A DNA stretch of 64,000 nucleotides from assembly GCA_050010695.1 (NCBI GenBank), contig JBEKKO010000007.1, positions 3,647 through 67,646 on the forward strand, in the 5' to 3' direction. Shown piece by piece: positions 11,830-19,999 of the stretch. The position numbers and the translations under genes are program-made. Below the pieces are notes generated by a model. That model worked only from the letters and a program-made list of their open reading frames with translations, was not told where the DNA came from and ran no database searches. Within the stretch, counting starts at the first letter, position 1. The number at the start of each line of letters is the position of its first letter. This DNA is from Bryobacteraceae bacterium (GTDB taxonomy: Bacteria; Acidobacteriota; Terriglobia; Bryobacterales; Bryobacteraceae).

Positions 11830-11843
11830 TTTTGCATTGAAAA
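11830..11843 (+). promoter_or_regulatory. TTTTGCATTGAAAA motif in the AT-rich region upstream of the PEP-CTERM gene
   Basis: The identical 14-mer recurs at 50147-50160 upstream of the LuxR-type regulator. It sits among five TTGCA pentamers (11803, 11812, 11832, 11846, 11880). Confidence 0.3.
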
Positions 11844-11933
11844 GTTTGCAGATATGGTTTATCTTACTGATAACCCAATTTGCATGGTTGGGTAGTGCGC
11901 GTTACTTTTTTGTTACTGGAGGATACATCTCAG

Positions 11934-12563
11934 ATGAAGCGTTTTCTGCTAGTTGCCGCCGTTTTTGCCTGGGTCGCCAGCGCCGCTTTCGCGGGCTCGG
12001 TCTGCCCGCCCGCCGCGGGCTCGAATTTCCCACATCCCCCGGACCCATTAGCCACAGGGTGCAATGTAGTGATCACGATCGCCGCTAACGGAACAGTGTC
12101 CACGGCCGTCACCGATTCAACTCCCTACGAGTTGTCCGAAGATGTGCTGGTCGGCGTCGTAAACAACGGCTCCAGCACCGTCAGCTCCCTGGCTCTCACC
12201 GGAAGCGGCATTTTCGGTTTCGACGGCGATGGAATCTGCACGTTTACATTTGTGGGGAGCAGCTATTGCACTCCCGCCCAGATTCTCGGCACGGATCCGG
12301 GGGACTACGCGGGCCCGACTACGACGTTCGCCCTCACCAACGCCAACAGCGGAACCGTGAGTTTCAGCCCGGCAATACCGGCAAGCGGCGGTACGACTTA
12401 CTTCAGCCTGGAGGGTACGCCCACCGCCAGTCTGGGGGTGGTGGTCAGCACCGGCCCGGGGGGCGGAGGCGCCGTTCCGGCACCGAGTTCGATCACCTTG
12501 CTAGGTGTTGGCTTTGCGGTGGTCCTGCTGATTCAAGCCAGGCGTAAGTTCGCGCGCGCCTGA
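11934..12563 (+). CDS. PEP-CTERM sorting-domain secreted protein (VPAP variant)
   Basis: ATG at 11934 preceded by GGAGGA. Signal peptide MKRFLLVAAVFAWVASAAFA. C-terminus is GGGAVPAPSSITLLGVGFAVVLLIQARRKFARA, i.e. motif, TM helix and basic cluster. Convergent with EpsI and the exosortase. Confidence 0.7.
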   Translation: MKRFLLVAAVFAWVASAAFAGSVCPPAAGSNFPHPPDPLATGCNVVITIAANGTVSTAVTDSTPYELSEDVLVGVVNNGSSTVSSLALTGSGIFGFDGDGICTFTFVGSSYCTPAQILGTDPGDYAGPTTTFALTNANSGTVSFSPAIPASGGTTYFSLEGTPTASLGVVVSTGPGGGGAVPAPSSITLLGVGFAVVLLIQARRKFARA

Positions 12564-12635
12564 ACAGCCAGGACACGCAGCGAAGCTAAGGGCACCACGG
12601 AGCCGTGGGGTGCCGTACTGCCCGGCCGCACGGCT

Positions 12636-13277
12636 CTATCGTGGGAGGTTGGCCCGCAGGAGTGGGTAGATTCGTCTCACGAACGCCGTGGCTGCGGCAG
12701 TCGCGGCGGCGTCCTGGCCCGGCGGGATGGCCAGCGCCACGCGAACGATGGCGGTATCGGTTCGCCTATCGCGCAGGGCGTCGGCCGCCAGCCAGAACTT
12801 GGCATCCCACTCGCCTGCGATGACACGCCGCGGCGTCTGGTACCAATACAGCACGATGGCGCGTGCCCCGCGGTTTTGGATGATATAGCGATTCACCGTG
12901 ATGGCGCCGGCAGCGGTGTTGATGGTGACCACGCCGGCCACTTCCGGTATCCAACCGTTTCCCGGCAAGCAGACCTTAGGCGAGTGCGGCTGACGAGTCC
13001 CGTCGCGCTGCGATCCGAACCAGGCTACAAACAGATTTGCGAACGGGCCCGCCGGGACGTGAAAATAGCTTCGGCTCAATAATCGGTCGGCCCCGAGCTG
13101 CGACCGGATATCGGCGTCGATGGCCTCCTGTCTCACCTGCACCCAGCCGCCAAACTGCGGCGCCAGTTTCTCCAGGTCCGGCGGCGTGGGCACGCGCTCT
13201 CCGGTCGCCGCCCAATAGATCGCACCGGCCTGCACGGCCAGGAACGCGGCGGTCAGGATAGTTCTGCGATCAGGCAT
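12636..13277 (-). CDS. EpsI family exosortase-associated protein
   Basis: 213 aa, N-terminal TM. HSPKVCLPGNGW motif characteristic of EpsI. 8-nt overlap with the exosortase gene. Confidence 0.75.
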   Translation of the reverse strand: MPDRRTILTAAFLAVQAGAIYWAATGERVPTPPDLEKLAPQFGGWVQVRQEAIDADIRSQLGADRLLSRSYFHVPAGPFANLFVAWFGSQRDGTRQPHSPKVCLPGNGWIPEVAGVVTINTAAGAITVNRYIIQNRGARAIVLYWYQTPRRVIAGEWDAKFWLAADALRDRRTDTAIVRVALAIPPGQDAAATAAATAFVRRIYPLLRANLPR

Positions 13278-14088
13278 GGCACCGGCTGTAAACCGCGTCG
13301 ATCAGGCGGCGCATCGCCAGCAGCGCCCCCAGGCACAGGGCAAAAATGCACCAGCCGCACACCATGTGGAGCGTGCCCGCAGACACCGCGGGCCAGGCGC
13401 CCGACGCCGCAATTCGCAATGCATTGCCGGCGATCGCCAGCGGGACGGCCAAGGCGAAAAGCGCTCCCCGCATCCAGGGCTTGGGGTCGTAGAGGTACGC
13501 CAGCAGCACACCCAGGAAGGCCAGTGGAATCAGGTAGCGAATCCCGCTGCAAGCCTCCGCCACCAGGATGCGGCGGCCGCCCACCTCCAGCACATTACCA
13601 TCGCGAATCACACCGAACCCGCCGGCCGAGAGCATCCAGGCGGCGATCCGGCTGGCCATCAGTTGCAGGGGCAGCGTGACCTGGTTGTAGACGATCGCCA
13701 GTTTCGGCAGCATGAACAGCGCCAGCAGGAATGGAAACGCCCAGGCCCGCAGCAGAGCGAAGCCTCCCAGACAAACCACCACGCCGGCCACCGAAACCAG
13801 CAGCGCCAGTGAGCCCATGAACAGGCCCACGCCGAGCGCCGCCAGAAATTGCATGGCCGCCCCCGCCGCCAGGAACGCGAAGCCCCACCAGCTCGGCCGC
13901 CGCGGCAATGCCTGCCATCGGGCGCGCTCGCGCCACACCACCCACAGGATCACGAAGGGCACTGCGATCCCATGGCCCATGTCCTCGTCCGTCATCCATT
14001 GGCCAAACATGCCGCGCAGAATCAGGGCATAGCAGATCAGGAGCATGGCGCCGGCCAGCACCGCGGCGAATAGTCGCGTCCGTTCCAT
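13270..14088 (-). CDS. Exosortase (EpsH/Xrt family)
   Basis: Polytopic. Catalytic-type motifs EACSGIRY, GNALRIA and a downstream His (GTLHMVCGW). Start placed at the ATG at 14088 (MERTRLF...). The longer track ORF runs into the neighbouring gene. Confidence 0.8.
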   Translation of the reverse strand: MERTRLFAAVLAGAMLLICYALILRGMFGQWMTDEDMGHGIAVPFVILWVVWRERARWQALPRRPSWWGFAFLAAGAAMQFLAALGVGLFMGSLALLVSVAGVVVCLGGFALLRAWAFPFLLALFMLPKLAIVYNQVTLPLQLMASRIAAWMLSAGGFGVIRDGNVLEVGGRRILVAEACSGIRYLIPLAFLGVLLAYLYDPKPWMRGALFALAVPLAIAGNALRIAASGAWPAVSAGTLHMVCGWCIFALCLGALLAMRRLIDAVYSRCHA

Positions 14089-14204
14089 AAGCGGATCTTC
14101 CAGTATAGCGGGCCGCGCTCGGCCGATACCCGCGCCGGCTCTGCTTCCCAGGCCGCGATTCCGTGGGCCCTCGACCCGCCGTTCGGGTTGACTCCCGCCG
14201 CGCT

Positions 14205-15215
14205 TCAGCGTTTCACGTATGTCTTCTCGAACTTGTTGCGCGTGTTGTAGACCGTGAAGGTGCCCTCTTTGTCGGCCGTCACCTTGATCCACTTTCCTTC
14301 GCAGTCGGCGTCCACGTTGGCGATGAACGTGTCGGGCGAGTTGTGCTGCTTGTCGGCGTCGATGGCATAGTGCAGTTGCCAGATATCCAGCAGGCCACGC
14401 GTATCGCGCAGGGTCTGCCAGACTTCCGCCGTGCCGCCCTTGTGCGGGCCGTTATCGACCAGCGCCACGCGCGGTGAAACGGCGTGCACGAAAGGCGTCG
14501 AACTGGAAAGGTTCGAGCCGTGATGCGACACCAGCAGGAAATCCACCGTGCCGATTTTATTGTCGGGGCAGACCAGCCCATATTCCCGGTCCTTGGTCAG
14601 GTCGCCCATGTCCAGCATGCGGAAGTTGCCGTAGGTAATCAGCACGCCGATGGATTGGCCGTTTTCATCCTTAGTCTCCACCGGAGGTTCGTAATCCTTG
14701 CAATCGGGATTGGGCGTGCCGGGTTCCTCGAGCGGCGAGTCGATCACGTTGCCGCCGGCGGAAAGCACCTGGACGTCGATCCCTTTCACCGGGATGCTCT
14801 GGCCCGCCTCCACCCGCAGGTGCTGGCCCTTGGCGCGCACGGCTGCATATTCGTTGAAGAGAATCTCGGCGTCCTTGCCCTTCTCGACGCTCGATCCGTG
14901 ATCGACAAAATGCACAATCGGCATTTTTTCGGCAAGCTGGTATACGCCGCCTACATGGTCCATGTGGAAATGCGTGATCAGCAGCCAGTCGATCTTCTTG
15001 ACGCCTGCCGCTTTGGCGGCCGCCACGATGCGGTCCGCGTCGCGATGGTTGTGACCCGGCCAGCCGGTGTCGATCAGCAGCGAATCGCCCGCCGGCGTAA
15101 TCAGCAGGGTGGCCTGGCCGCCCTCCACGTCAATCGCGAAGATCTCCAGATTCCTGGCCGCCGGCAGGGCCGCGGCCGATACCAGCGCAAGCGCTACGGC
15201 AGCTAGCATTCTCAT
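14205..15215 (-). CDS. Secreted MBL-fold metallo-hydrolase (ComEC C-terminal-domain-like)
   Basis: Signal peptide. HxHxDH motif (LLITHFHMDHVGG), later LLVSHHGS. 116 nt upstream of the exosortase on the same strand. Confidence 0.8.
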   Translation of the reverse strand: MRMLAAVALALVSAAALPAARNLEIFAIDVEGGQATLLITPAGDSLLIDTGWPGHNHRDADRIVAAAKAAGVKKIDWLLITHFHMDHVGGVYQLAEKMPIVHFVDHGSSVEKGKDAEILFNEYAAVRAKGQHLRVEAGQSIPVKGIDVQVLSAGGNVIDSPLEEPGTPNPDCKDYEPPVETKDENGQSIGVLITYGNFRMLDMGDLTKDREYGLVCPDNKIGTVDFLLVSHHGSNLSSSTPFVHAVSPRVALVDNGPHKGGTAEVWQTLRDTRGLLDIWQLHYAIDADKQHNSPDTFIANVDADCEGKWIKVTADKEGTFTVYNTRNKFEKTYVKR

Positions 15216-15287
15216 GGCGCAATCTTAACACCCTCGCCGGGCCTGTTGCGGAACAAGCCGGGGTTGCGTAACGTATGGAGAAGTAGC

Positions 15288-15737
15288 ATGCCGTTTTGCA
15301 CACAATGCGGAAATCCGGTGACCAGCTACGATCGCTTCTGCTGGCGCTGTGGCACGCACCAACCCGCCCCCACCGTGCCGCCGTTCGGCCCCGACCCGCT
15401 GACCGGCGTCTCTGCGCGGACCGCTTCGGTGCTTAGCTACGTTCCCTGGATGGGCTGGATTGCCTGCATCATCTGGCTGGCCTCGGAACGCTTCCGCCAG
15501 GTTCGCACCGTCCGTTTCCACGCCTTCCAGGGCCTCTACCTGTTCGTGGCGTGGCTGATGAACGCCTGGGTGATCCGCCCGCTCTGCTATTTGTCCCCTC
15601 ATCTGCCGTTCGACAAGTTGCTGGACCTGGCATTGCTCCTCATGTCGATTTTCATGATGATCAAAGCATCCCGCGACGAGGCCTATTCCCTGCCCCTGTT
15701 CGGTGAACTGGCTGCGCGCTCAGTCGCCGAAAGCTGA
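15288..15737 (+). CDS. Zinc-ribbon membrane protein
   Basis: MPFCTQCGNPVTSYDRFCWRCG zinc ribbon, then three hydrophobic segments. Start taken at the ATG at 15288 inside the track ORF. Confidence 0.55.
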   Translation: MPFCTQCGNPVTSYDRFCWRCGTHQPAPTVPPFGPDPLTGVSARTASVLSYVPWMGWIACIIWLASERFRQVRTVRFHAFQGLYLFVAWLMNAWVIRPLCYLSPHLPFDKLLDLALLLMSIFMMIKASRDEAYSLPLFGELAARSVAES

Positions 15738-15739
15738 CG

Positions 15740-15828
15740 GTAGGGCAGGCCATCGCCTTTCGTGGCCTGTCATGCTTCGCTGATTCACGACAGTTGATAG
15801 ACGACAAAAACCGATCGTCTATCCCGCC
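15740..15828. repeat. 89-nt two-hairpin intergenic repeat, copy 1
   Basis: Aligns without gaps to 23786-23874. Stems at 15744-15752/15763-15771 and 15796-15804/15815-15823. Differences between the copies are compensatory within stems. Confidence 0.7.
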
Positions 15829-15831
15829 TTG

Positions 15832-15862
15832 TGGTATAATTATTCACCTGACAGAATAAACA
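15832..15862 (+). promoter_or_regulatory. Extended -10 promoter (TGGTATAAT) overlapped by two ARG-box-like sites upstream of argC
   Basis: TGnTATAAT at 15832-15840. GGTATAATTATTCA (15833-15846) matches 12 of 14 positions of the TGAATwwwwATTCA core. A weaker second box, TGACAGAATAAACA, follows 2 nt later (15849-15862). Confidence 0.4.
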
Positions 15863-15867
15863 ATCAC

Positions 15868-16875
15868 ATGAAAGCCAAGGTCGGCATTGTCGGTTACCGG
15901 GGGTACAGCGGCGCGGAACTGGTTCACATTCTGGCGCGGCATCCGGGCGTTGAAACATACCTGCTGGAGCATCGCGAAGAGTCCGGGCCGGCGCCGTCGA
16001 TCCGTGGCGCGGAGCCGCCGGAGTGCCTCCCCTGCGATCCACAAGTGGTGCACGCGGAAGGCCTTGCGGCGGTCTTCCTGGCCACGCCGGCGGAGGTTTC
16101 CATGGATCTCGCTCCCGCCATGCTGGATGCCGGGGCACGCGTCATCGACCTCAGCGGCGCCTTCCGCCTGCGCACACCCGCCAACTACCTTACCTGGTAT
16201 CAGGAAACCCACACCCAGTCTGCCCTGCTGGCCAAGGCCGTTTACGGCCTGCCGGAATTCTACCGCGACCTCATCCCCGCCGCTCGCCTGCTGGCCAATC
16301 CTGGTTGCTACCCGACGGCGGCCAACCTGGCGATTCGCCCGCTGCTCGAAGCCGATGTGGTGGACCGCACCGCCGGCATCGTTTGCGACGCCAAGAGCGG
16401 CGTCAGCGGCGCCGGCCGCAAGCCCACTCTCAAGACCAGCTTCTGCGAAGTCACCGAAAACTTCTCGGCCTATTCCATCCTCCGTCACCGTCACGTTCCT
16501 GAGGTGCTGCTGGTCAGCGGCCTGGAAGAAAGCGAGTTCAGCTTCACCGCCCACCTGCTGCCGCTCGACCGCGGCATCCTGGAGACCATCTACTTTCGCG
16601 CCCGCAACGTCCGCTCCGCCGACGACCTGCTCGCCATCTATGAGAAGCGCTACGCAGGCGAGCCGTTCGTCCGCCTCTATCAACCCGGCCACGTGCCCGA
16701 CCTGCGCGCGGTGGCCCGCACCAACTTCTGCGACATCGGCGTCACGCTGGACGCCAAGACCGGACGCGCCGTGGTGGTGAGCGCCATCGATAACCTGGTG
16801 AAAGGCGCCGCCGGCCAAGCCGTGCAGAACATGAACCTGATGCTGGGATACCCGGAAACCGAGGGCTTGCGGTGA
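15868..16875 (+). CDS. argC: N-acetyl-gamma-glutamyl-phosphate reductase
   Basis: MKAKVGIVGYRGYSGAEL Rossmann N-terminus and active-site region LANPGCYPTA. Start at the ATG at 15868. Confidence 0.92.
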   Translation: MKAKVGIVGYRGYSGAELVHILARHPGVETYLLEHREESGPAPSIRGAEPPECLPCDPQVVHAEGLAAVFLATPAEVSMDLAPAMLDAGARVIDLSGAFRLRTPANYLTWYQETHTQSALLAKAVYGLPEFYRDLIPAARLLANPGCYPTAANLAIRPLLEADVVDRTAGIVCDAKSGVSGAGRKPTLKTSFCEVTENFSAYSILRHRHVPEVLLVSGLEESEFSFTAHLLPLDRGILETIYFRARNVRSADDLLAIYEKRYAGEPFVRLYQPGHVPDLRAVARTNFCDIGVTLDAKTGRAVVVSAIDNLVKGAAGQAVQNMNLMLGYPETEGLR

Positions 16876-17663
16876 ATCGCATCCTGATCAAACTGGGAGG
16901 CACCCTGCTCGATGACGCGGCGTCGCGCCAGCGCCTCTCCGGCGAGATCGCGGCAGTTGCCGCGTCCGGCGTCCAACTCGTCGTGGTGCACGGCGGCGGC
17001 AAGCAGATGACCCGCTATCTGGCCGAGCGCGGCATCGAAAGCCGCTTCGTCAATGGCCTGCGGGTGACCACACCGGAAACCGTGGATGCGGTGCTGAAGG
17101 TTTTCGCCGGCAGCGTGAATCACGAGTTGGTGGCGAGCCTGAACCGCGCCGGCGCCCTGGCCGTCGGACTTACCGGCATCGATGCCCTGCTGGCCGAGGC
17201 AGAGCAACTCGACCCGGCGCTGGGCGCGGTGGGACGCGTCACACGGTCGAACCCGGGGCTGCTCGAGCTGTTGACCGCCAATCGCTACCTGCCGGTGGTG
17301 GCCTGCGTGGCCGGAGACCGCGCGGGCAACATTTACAACGTGAACGCGGACCAGATGGCGGTGGCCTGCGCGGCGGCCTTCCGCGCGCATCAATTGATTT
17401 TCCTCACCGACGTGGCCGGCGTGATGGATGGATCGCACCAGGTGCGCCCGCTGCTCGACGCCGCCGAGGCGCGCGCGCTTGTCGCGTCCGGCGTCGCCAC
17501 CGGCGGCATGCAGGCCAAGCTCAATGCGGCGCTGGCGGCGCTCGACGCCGGGATAGCGGCAGTGCGCATCGCTCCCGGTGCGGCGGAGAGAGTCCTAATC
17601 CGTATCCTGGAAGGAGAGACGCTGGGCACGCGGCTGGCGCCACTCGAGGTGCCAACCGCATGA
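16872..17663 (+). CDS. argB: Acetylglutamate kinase
   Basis: IKLGGTLL, VVVHGGG and NVNADQMA motifs. 4-nt overlap with argC. Confidence 0.92.
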   Translation: MNRILIKLGGTLLDDAASRQRLSGEIAAVAASGVQLVVVHGGGKQMTRYLAERGIESRFVNGLRVTTPETVDAVLKVFAGSVNHELVASLNRAGALAVGLTGIDALLAEAEQLDPALGAVGRVTRSNPGLLELLTANRYLPVVACVAGDRAGNIYNVNADQMAVACAAAFRAHQLIFLTDVAGVMDGSHQVRPLLDAAEARALVASGVATGGMQAKLNAALAALDAGIAAVRIAPGAAERVLIRILEGETLGTRLAPLEVPTA

Positions 17664-18256
17664 TCAGCGCAGTGCACGAAGACGCGTTTGTCGAATCCCG
17701 CAGTGCCCCGCCGCTTACCGTGCGCAAGGCGGCCATGCGCGACATCCGTCCCATTCTCGGTCTCATCAACGACTATGCCGCGCTGGGCCTGATGTTGCCG
17801 CGCACCGAGTTCGAAATGTCGGAAGCCATTCGCGACTTCACCGTGGTCACCTCCGGCGGGGAGCTGCTGGGTTGCGGCGCGCTCCATTTTTATAGCCCCA
17901 CGCTGGCCGAAATCCGCTCGCTCGCCGTGCGCCAACAGGCCAAAACACACGGGGTGGGGCGCAAACTGGTGGAATCGCTGCTGGCCGAAGCCGAGCGTTA
18001 TGAGTTGGACGCCGTGTTCGCCTTCACCTATGTGGTGGAATTCTTCCGCAAGGTCGGCTTTCAGGCGGTCGAGCGCGGCGCACTACCGCTCAAGGCATGG
18101 AAGGACTGCCTCCGTTGCCCCAAGTTCCAGGCCTGCGACGAAGTCGCCGTTCTGCGCATTCTGCGTCCCGACCACTGGGTGGAAGCGCTGCCCGAGATCT
18201 GGGCGCCCACGCCCGACGACCAGTTGATCCCAGTGCCTGTTCCGCGCCTCCCGTAG
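17660..18256 (+). CDS. GNAT N-acetyltransferase, short-form N-acetylglutamate synthase-like
   Basis: ATGA overlap with argB. GNAT core (EIRSLAVRQQAKTHGVGRKLVE) plus a Cys-rich tail (KDCLRCPKFQACDE). The arg-operon context suggests a role in acetylglutamate formation. Confidence 0.7.
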   Translation: MISAVHEDAFVESRSAPPLTVRKAAMRDIRPILGLINDYAALGLMLPRTEFEMSEAIRDFTVVTSGGELLGCGALHFYSPTLAEIRSLAVRQQAKTHGVGRKLVESLLAEAERYELDAVFAFTYVVEFFRKVGFQAVERGALPLKAWKDCLRCPKFQACDEVAVLRILRPDHWVEALPEIWAPTPDDQLIPVPVPRLP

Positions 18257-18434
18257 CCGCCCGGCCCGCCCCGGCAGGGTGCTTTCGGGGAATACCCGCA
18301 AAGTTGGGTTTTCCATCACCCCCCAAAAAAACGCAGAAATAATCCACGGTTTGTCTGTACTTTGGTATACAATCAGTTTTCAAGAGCTTTACCTCTGGAA
18401 TTCACCTTAGATCCTAACTTCTTGTGAGGCTGCC

Positions 18435-19406
18435 ATGAGAGCGCAAACTGTTGACGTGAAATCCTCAACGGGACGGATCCTTTGCTGCACCGTTTTCCGC
18501 CCGGGTGGGAAGAAACTATTGGCCAAGGGCCATATAATCAGCGATGAGGACATCCGGGTCCTGGAATCTGAAGGCATGGAGACCATCTGGGTCACCGAGC
18601 TGGAGGATGGGGAGGTGAGCGAGGATGATGCCGTCGCGGCAGTGGCCAGCGAAATGGGTTGCGGCAGCTTTGAAATCCGCGTCGCCGCCGGTGGCCGCGC
18701 CAATCTGGTGGCCACCGAAAACTGCTGTGTCCTGGTGGACGATGAACTGCTCAAGCAGATCAACTGCGCCGCCAGCGTGGTCATCGCTACCGCGCTGAAC
18801 TTCAGTCACGCATTGGCGGGCCAGCGCGTAGCCACCGTCAAGAGCGCTCCGTTCGCCGTGGCCAAGGAGCAACTCGAAGCAGTCGTCAACATTCTGAAGG
18901 AGCGCGGCCCGATTCTCCAGGCGCGGCCGGTACGCGCTCCGGCCGTAGGAGTTCTCTACACCGATCCCATCAGCGGTGAACGGGCGCGCCAGTTGTTCGA
19001 GAACATCATGCGGCAGCGCCTGGATCGCTTCGGCGTTAACCCCAATTTCGTGCTTTCCTGCACGGAAGATGAGAATTCGGTCGCCCGCAGCCTACAACAC
19101 TTATTGAGATCCAAACCGAGCGTCATCCTGGTGGCATCCACCACGGCTCCGGCTGGGCCCGAGGATGTGATTGGCCAAGCCATGATTCGCGTCGGCGCAC
19201 AAGTGGAACGGTTCCTGGCCCCGGTCGAGCCCGGCAACCTGCTTTTATTGGCGTACAAGGATGAGGTGCCGGTGGTTTCCGCGCCAGGCTGCTTCCGCTC
19301 CGCCAAACCGAATGTGGTCGACCTGGTTTTGCCGCCGCTGTTGGCTCGTTATCACATCACGGGCTGGGAAATAGCCTGCCTGGGCCACGGCGGTTTGCTG
19401 GCATAA
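18435..19406 (+). CDS. Molybdopterin-binding (MoCF_BD-like) domain protein
   Basis: C-terminal half resembles MoaB/MogA/CinA-type domains (VILVASTTAPAGPEDVIGQAM ... VEPGNLLLLAY ... VVSAPGCFRS). Assignment is from motif memory only. Confidence 0.5.
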   Translation: MRAQTVDVKSSTGRILCCTVFRPGGKKLLAKGHIISDEDIRVLESEGMETIWVTELEDGEVSEDDAVAAVASEMGCGSFEIRVAAGGRANLVATENCCVLVDDELLKQINCAASVVIATALNFSHALAGQRVATVKSAPFAVAKEQLEAVVNILKERGPILQARPVRAPAVGVLYTDPISGERARQLFENIMRQRLDRFGVNPNFVLSCTEDENSVARSLQHLLRSKPSVILVASTTAPAGPEDVIGQAMIRVGAQVERFLAPVEPGNLLLLAYKDEVPVVSAPGCFRSAKPNVVDLVLPPLLARYHITGWEIACLGHGGLLA

Positions 19407-19463
19407 ACTTTCTCCTCCACCCCCGCAGTCTGAACCTCCGAGCAGACTTCGGGAGACTCCTCA

Positions 19464-19495
19464 CCGGGCGTCCTCCTGGACGCCCGGTTTTTTTT
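19464..19495 (+). terminator. Rho-independent terminator
   Basis: Perfect 10-bp GC-rich stem (CCGGGCGTCC / GGACGCCCGG), 4-nt loop, then eight T residues. Confidence 0.85.
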
Positions 19496-19600
19496 GGTCC
19501 GTGGTGGGGCGTGCTCTGTAGCGCCGGCGGTCTTTGCCGCCGGTGCTTTGTCTTCAAGCTTAACCGGACTTTAAGACCTGATATTAACTTTGGATAGTCG

Positions 19601-19613
19601 TAGTTGGCAACTA
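19601..19613. promoter_or_regulatory. 13-bp palindrome TAGTTGGCAACTA upstream of the orphan flp
   Basis: Perfect 6+1+6 inverted repeat in an AT-rich intergenic stretch. Confidence 0.25.
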
Positions 19614-19677
19614 GTGTAATCCTTTGTATAAAGTCAATACTGTCCGTTGGTTGTTAGGTACTAGGATCCGTGCTATT

Positions 19678-19689
19678 TGCTTGCAAGCA
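19678..19689. promoter_or_regulatory. Perfect 12-bp palindrome TGCTTGCAAGCA, about 35 nt upstream of the orphan flp start
   Basis: Self-complementary with no spacer. Shares CTTG/CAAG arms with the palindrome before the second flp gene (47823-47834). Confidence 0.3.
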
Positions 19690-19722
19690 GTGCATGTCTG
19701 GGTTGTAATGAACCTGGAGGCT

Positions 19723-19923
19723 ATGGTGTGGATTTGGCTACATTTGCAGCAGTTTTGGTGCACTGAACAGGCCCAGGACATGGTTGAATACACCCTCATC
19801 CTGGCCTTCCTGGTGCTCGGCTGTATCGGTATCATTGGACTGTTCATGCCATCCGTGAAAGCGATTTGGTCCGGCACCACTACGACCTTGTCGACTGCCG
19901 GGTCCGTTGCCAGCGGGAGCTGA
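19723..19923 (+). CDS. flp: Flp/Fap family type IVb pilin paralogue (orphan)
   Basis: LQQFWCTEQAQDMVEYTLILAFLVL aligns with the locus pilin LRNLWNDEQGQDLIEYTLLLAFVAL. Ser/Thr-rich tail. Start is uncertain (ATG 19708, ATG 19723 or GTG 19726; GGAGG at 19716-19720). Confidence 0.65.
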   Translation: MVWIWLHLQQFWCTEQAQDMVEYTLILAFLVLGCIGIIGLFMPSVKAIWSGTTTTLSTAGSVASGS

Positions 19924-19999
19924 GTAGAGCTCTGGTTCCTGTCCACCGTCTTTCAGAAGTCCGGTTGCGTCTACAATAAAAACACGTAAACCGAAACTC

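Noticed and set aside
11800-11884. TTGCA pentamers as sigma-54 -12 elements
   Set aside because: None of the five TTGCA sites, nor the one at 50149, has a TGGCAC-like -24 element at the required spacing of 5 intervening nt upstream.
13270-14292. Long form of the exosortase ORF (340 aa)
   Set aside because: The first 68 codons are hydrophilic and Arg/Gly-rich and run into the 3' end of the MBL hydrolase gene. The ATG at 14088 gives a normal exosortase N-terminus.
18256-18435. Possible Moco riboswitch upstream of the molybdopterin-binding-domain gene
   Set aside because: I could not find the conserved Moco-motif stems or loops. The region only shows a weak 5-bp hairpin and a C7A7 run.
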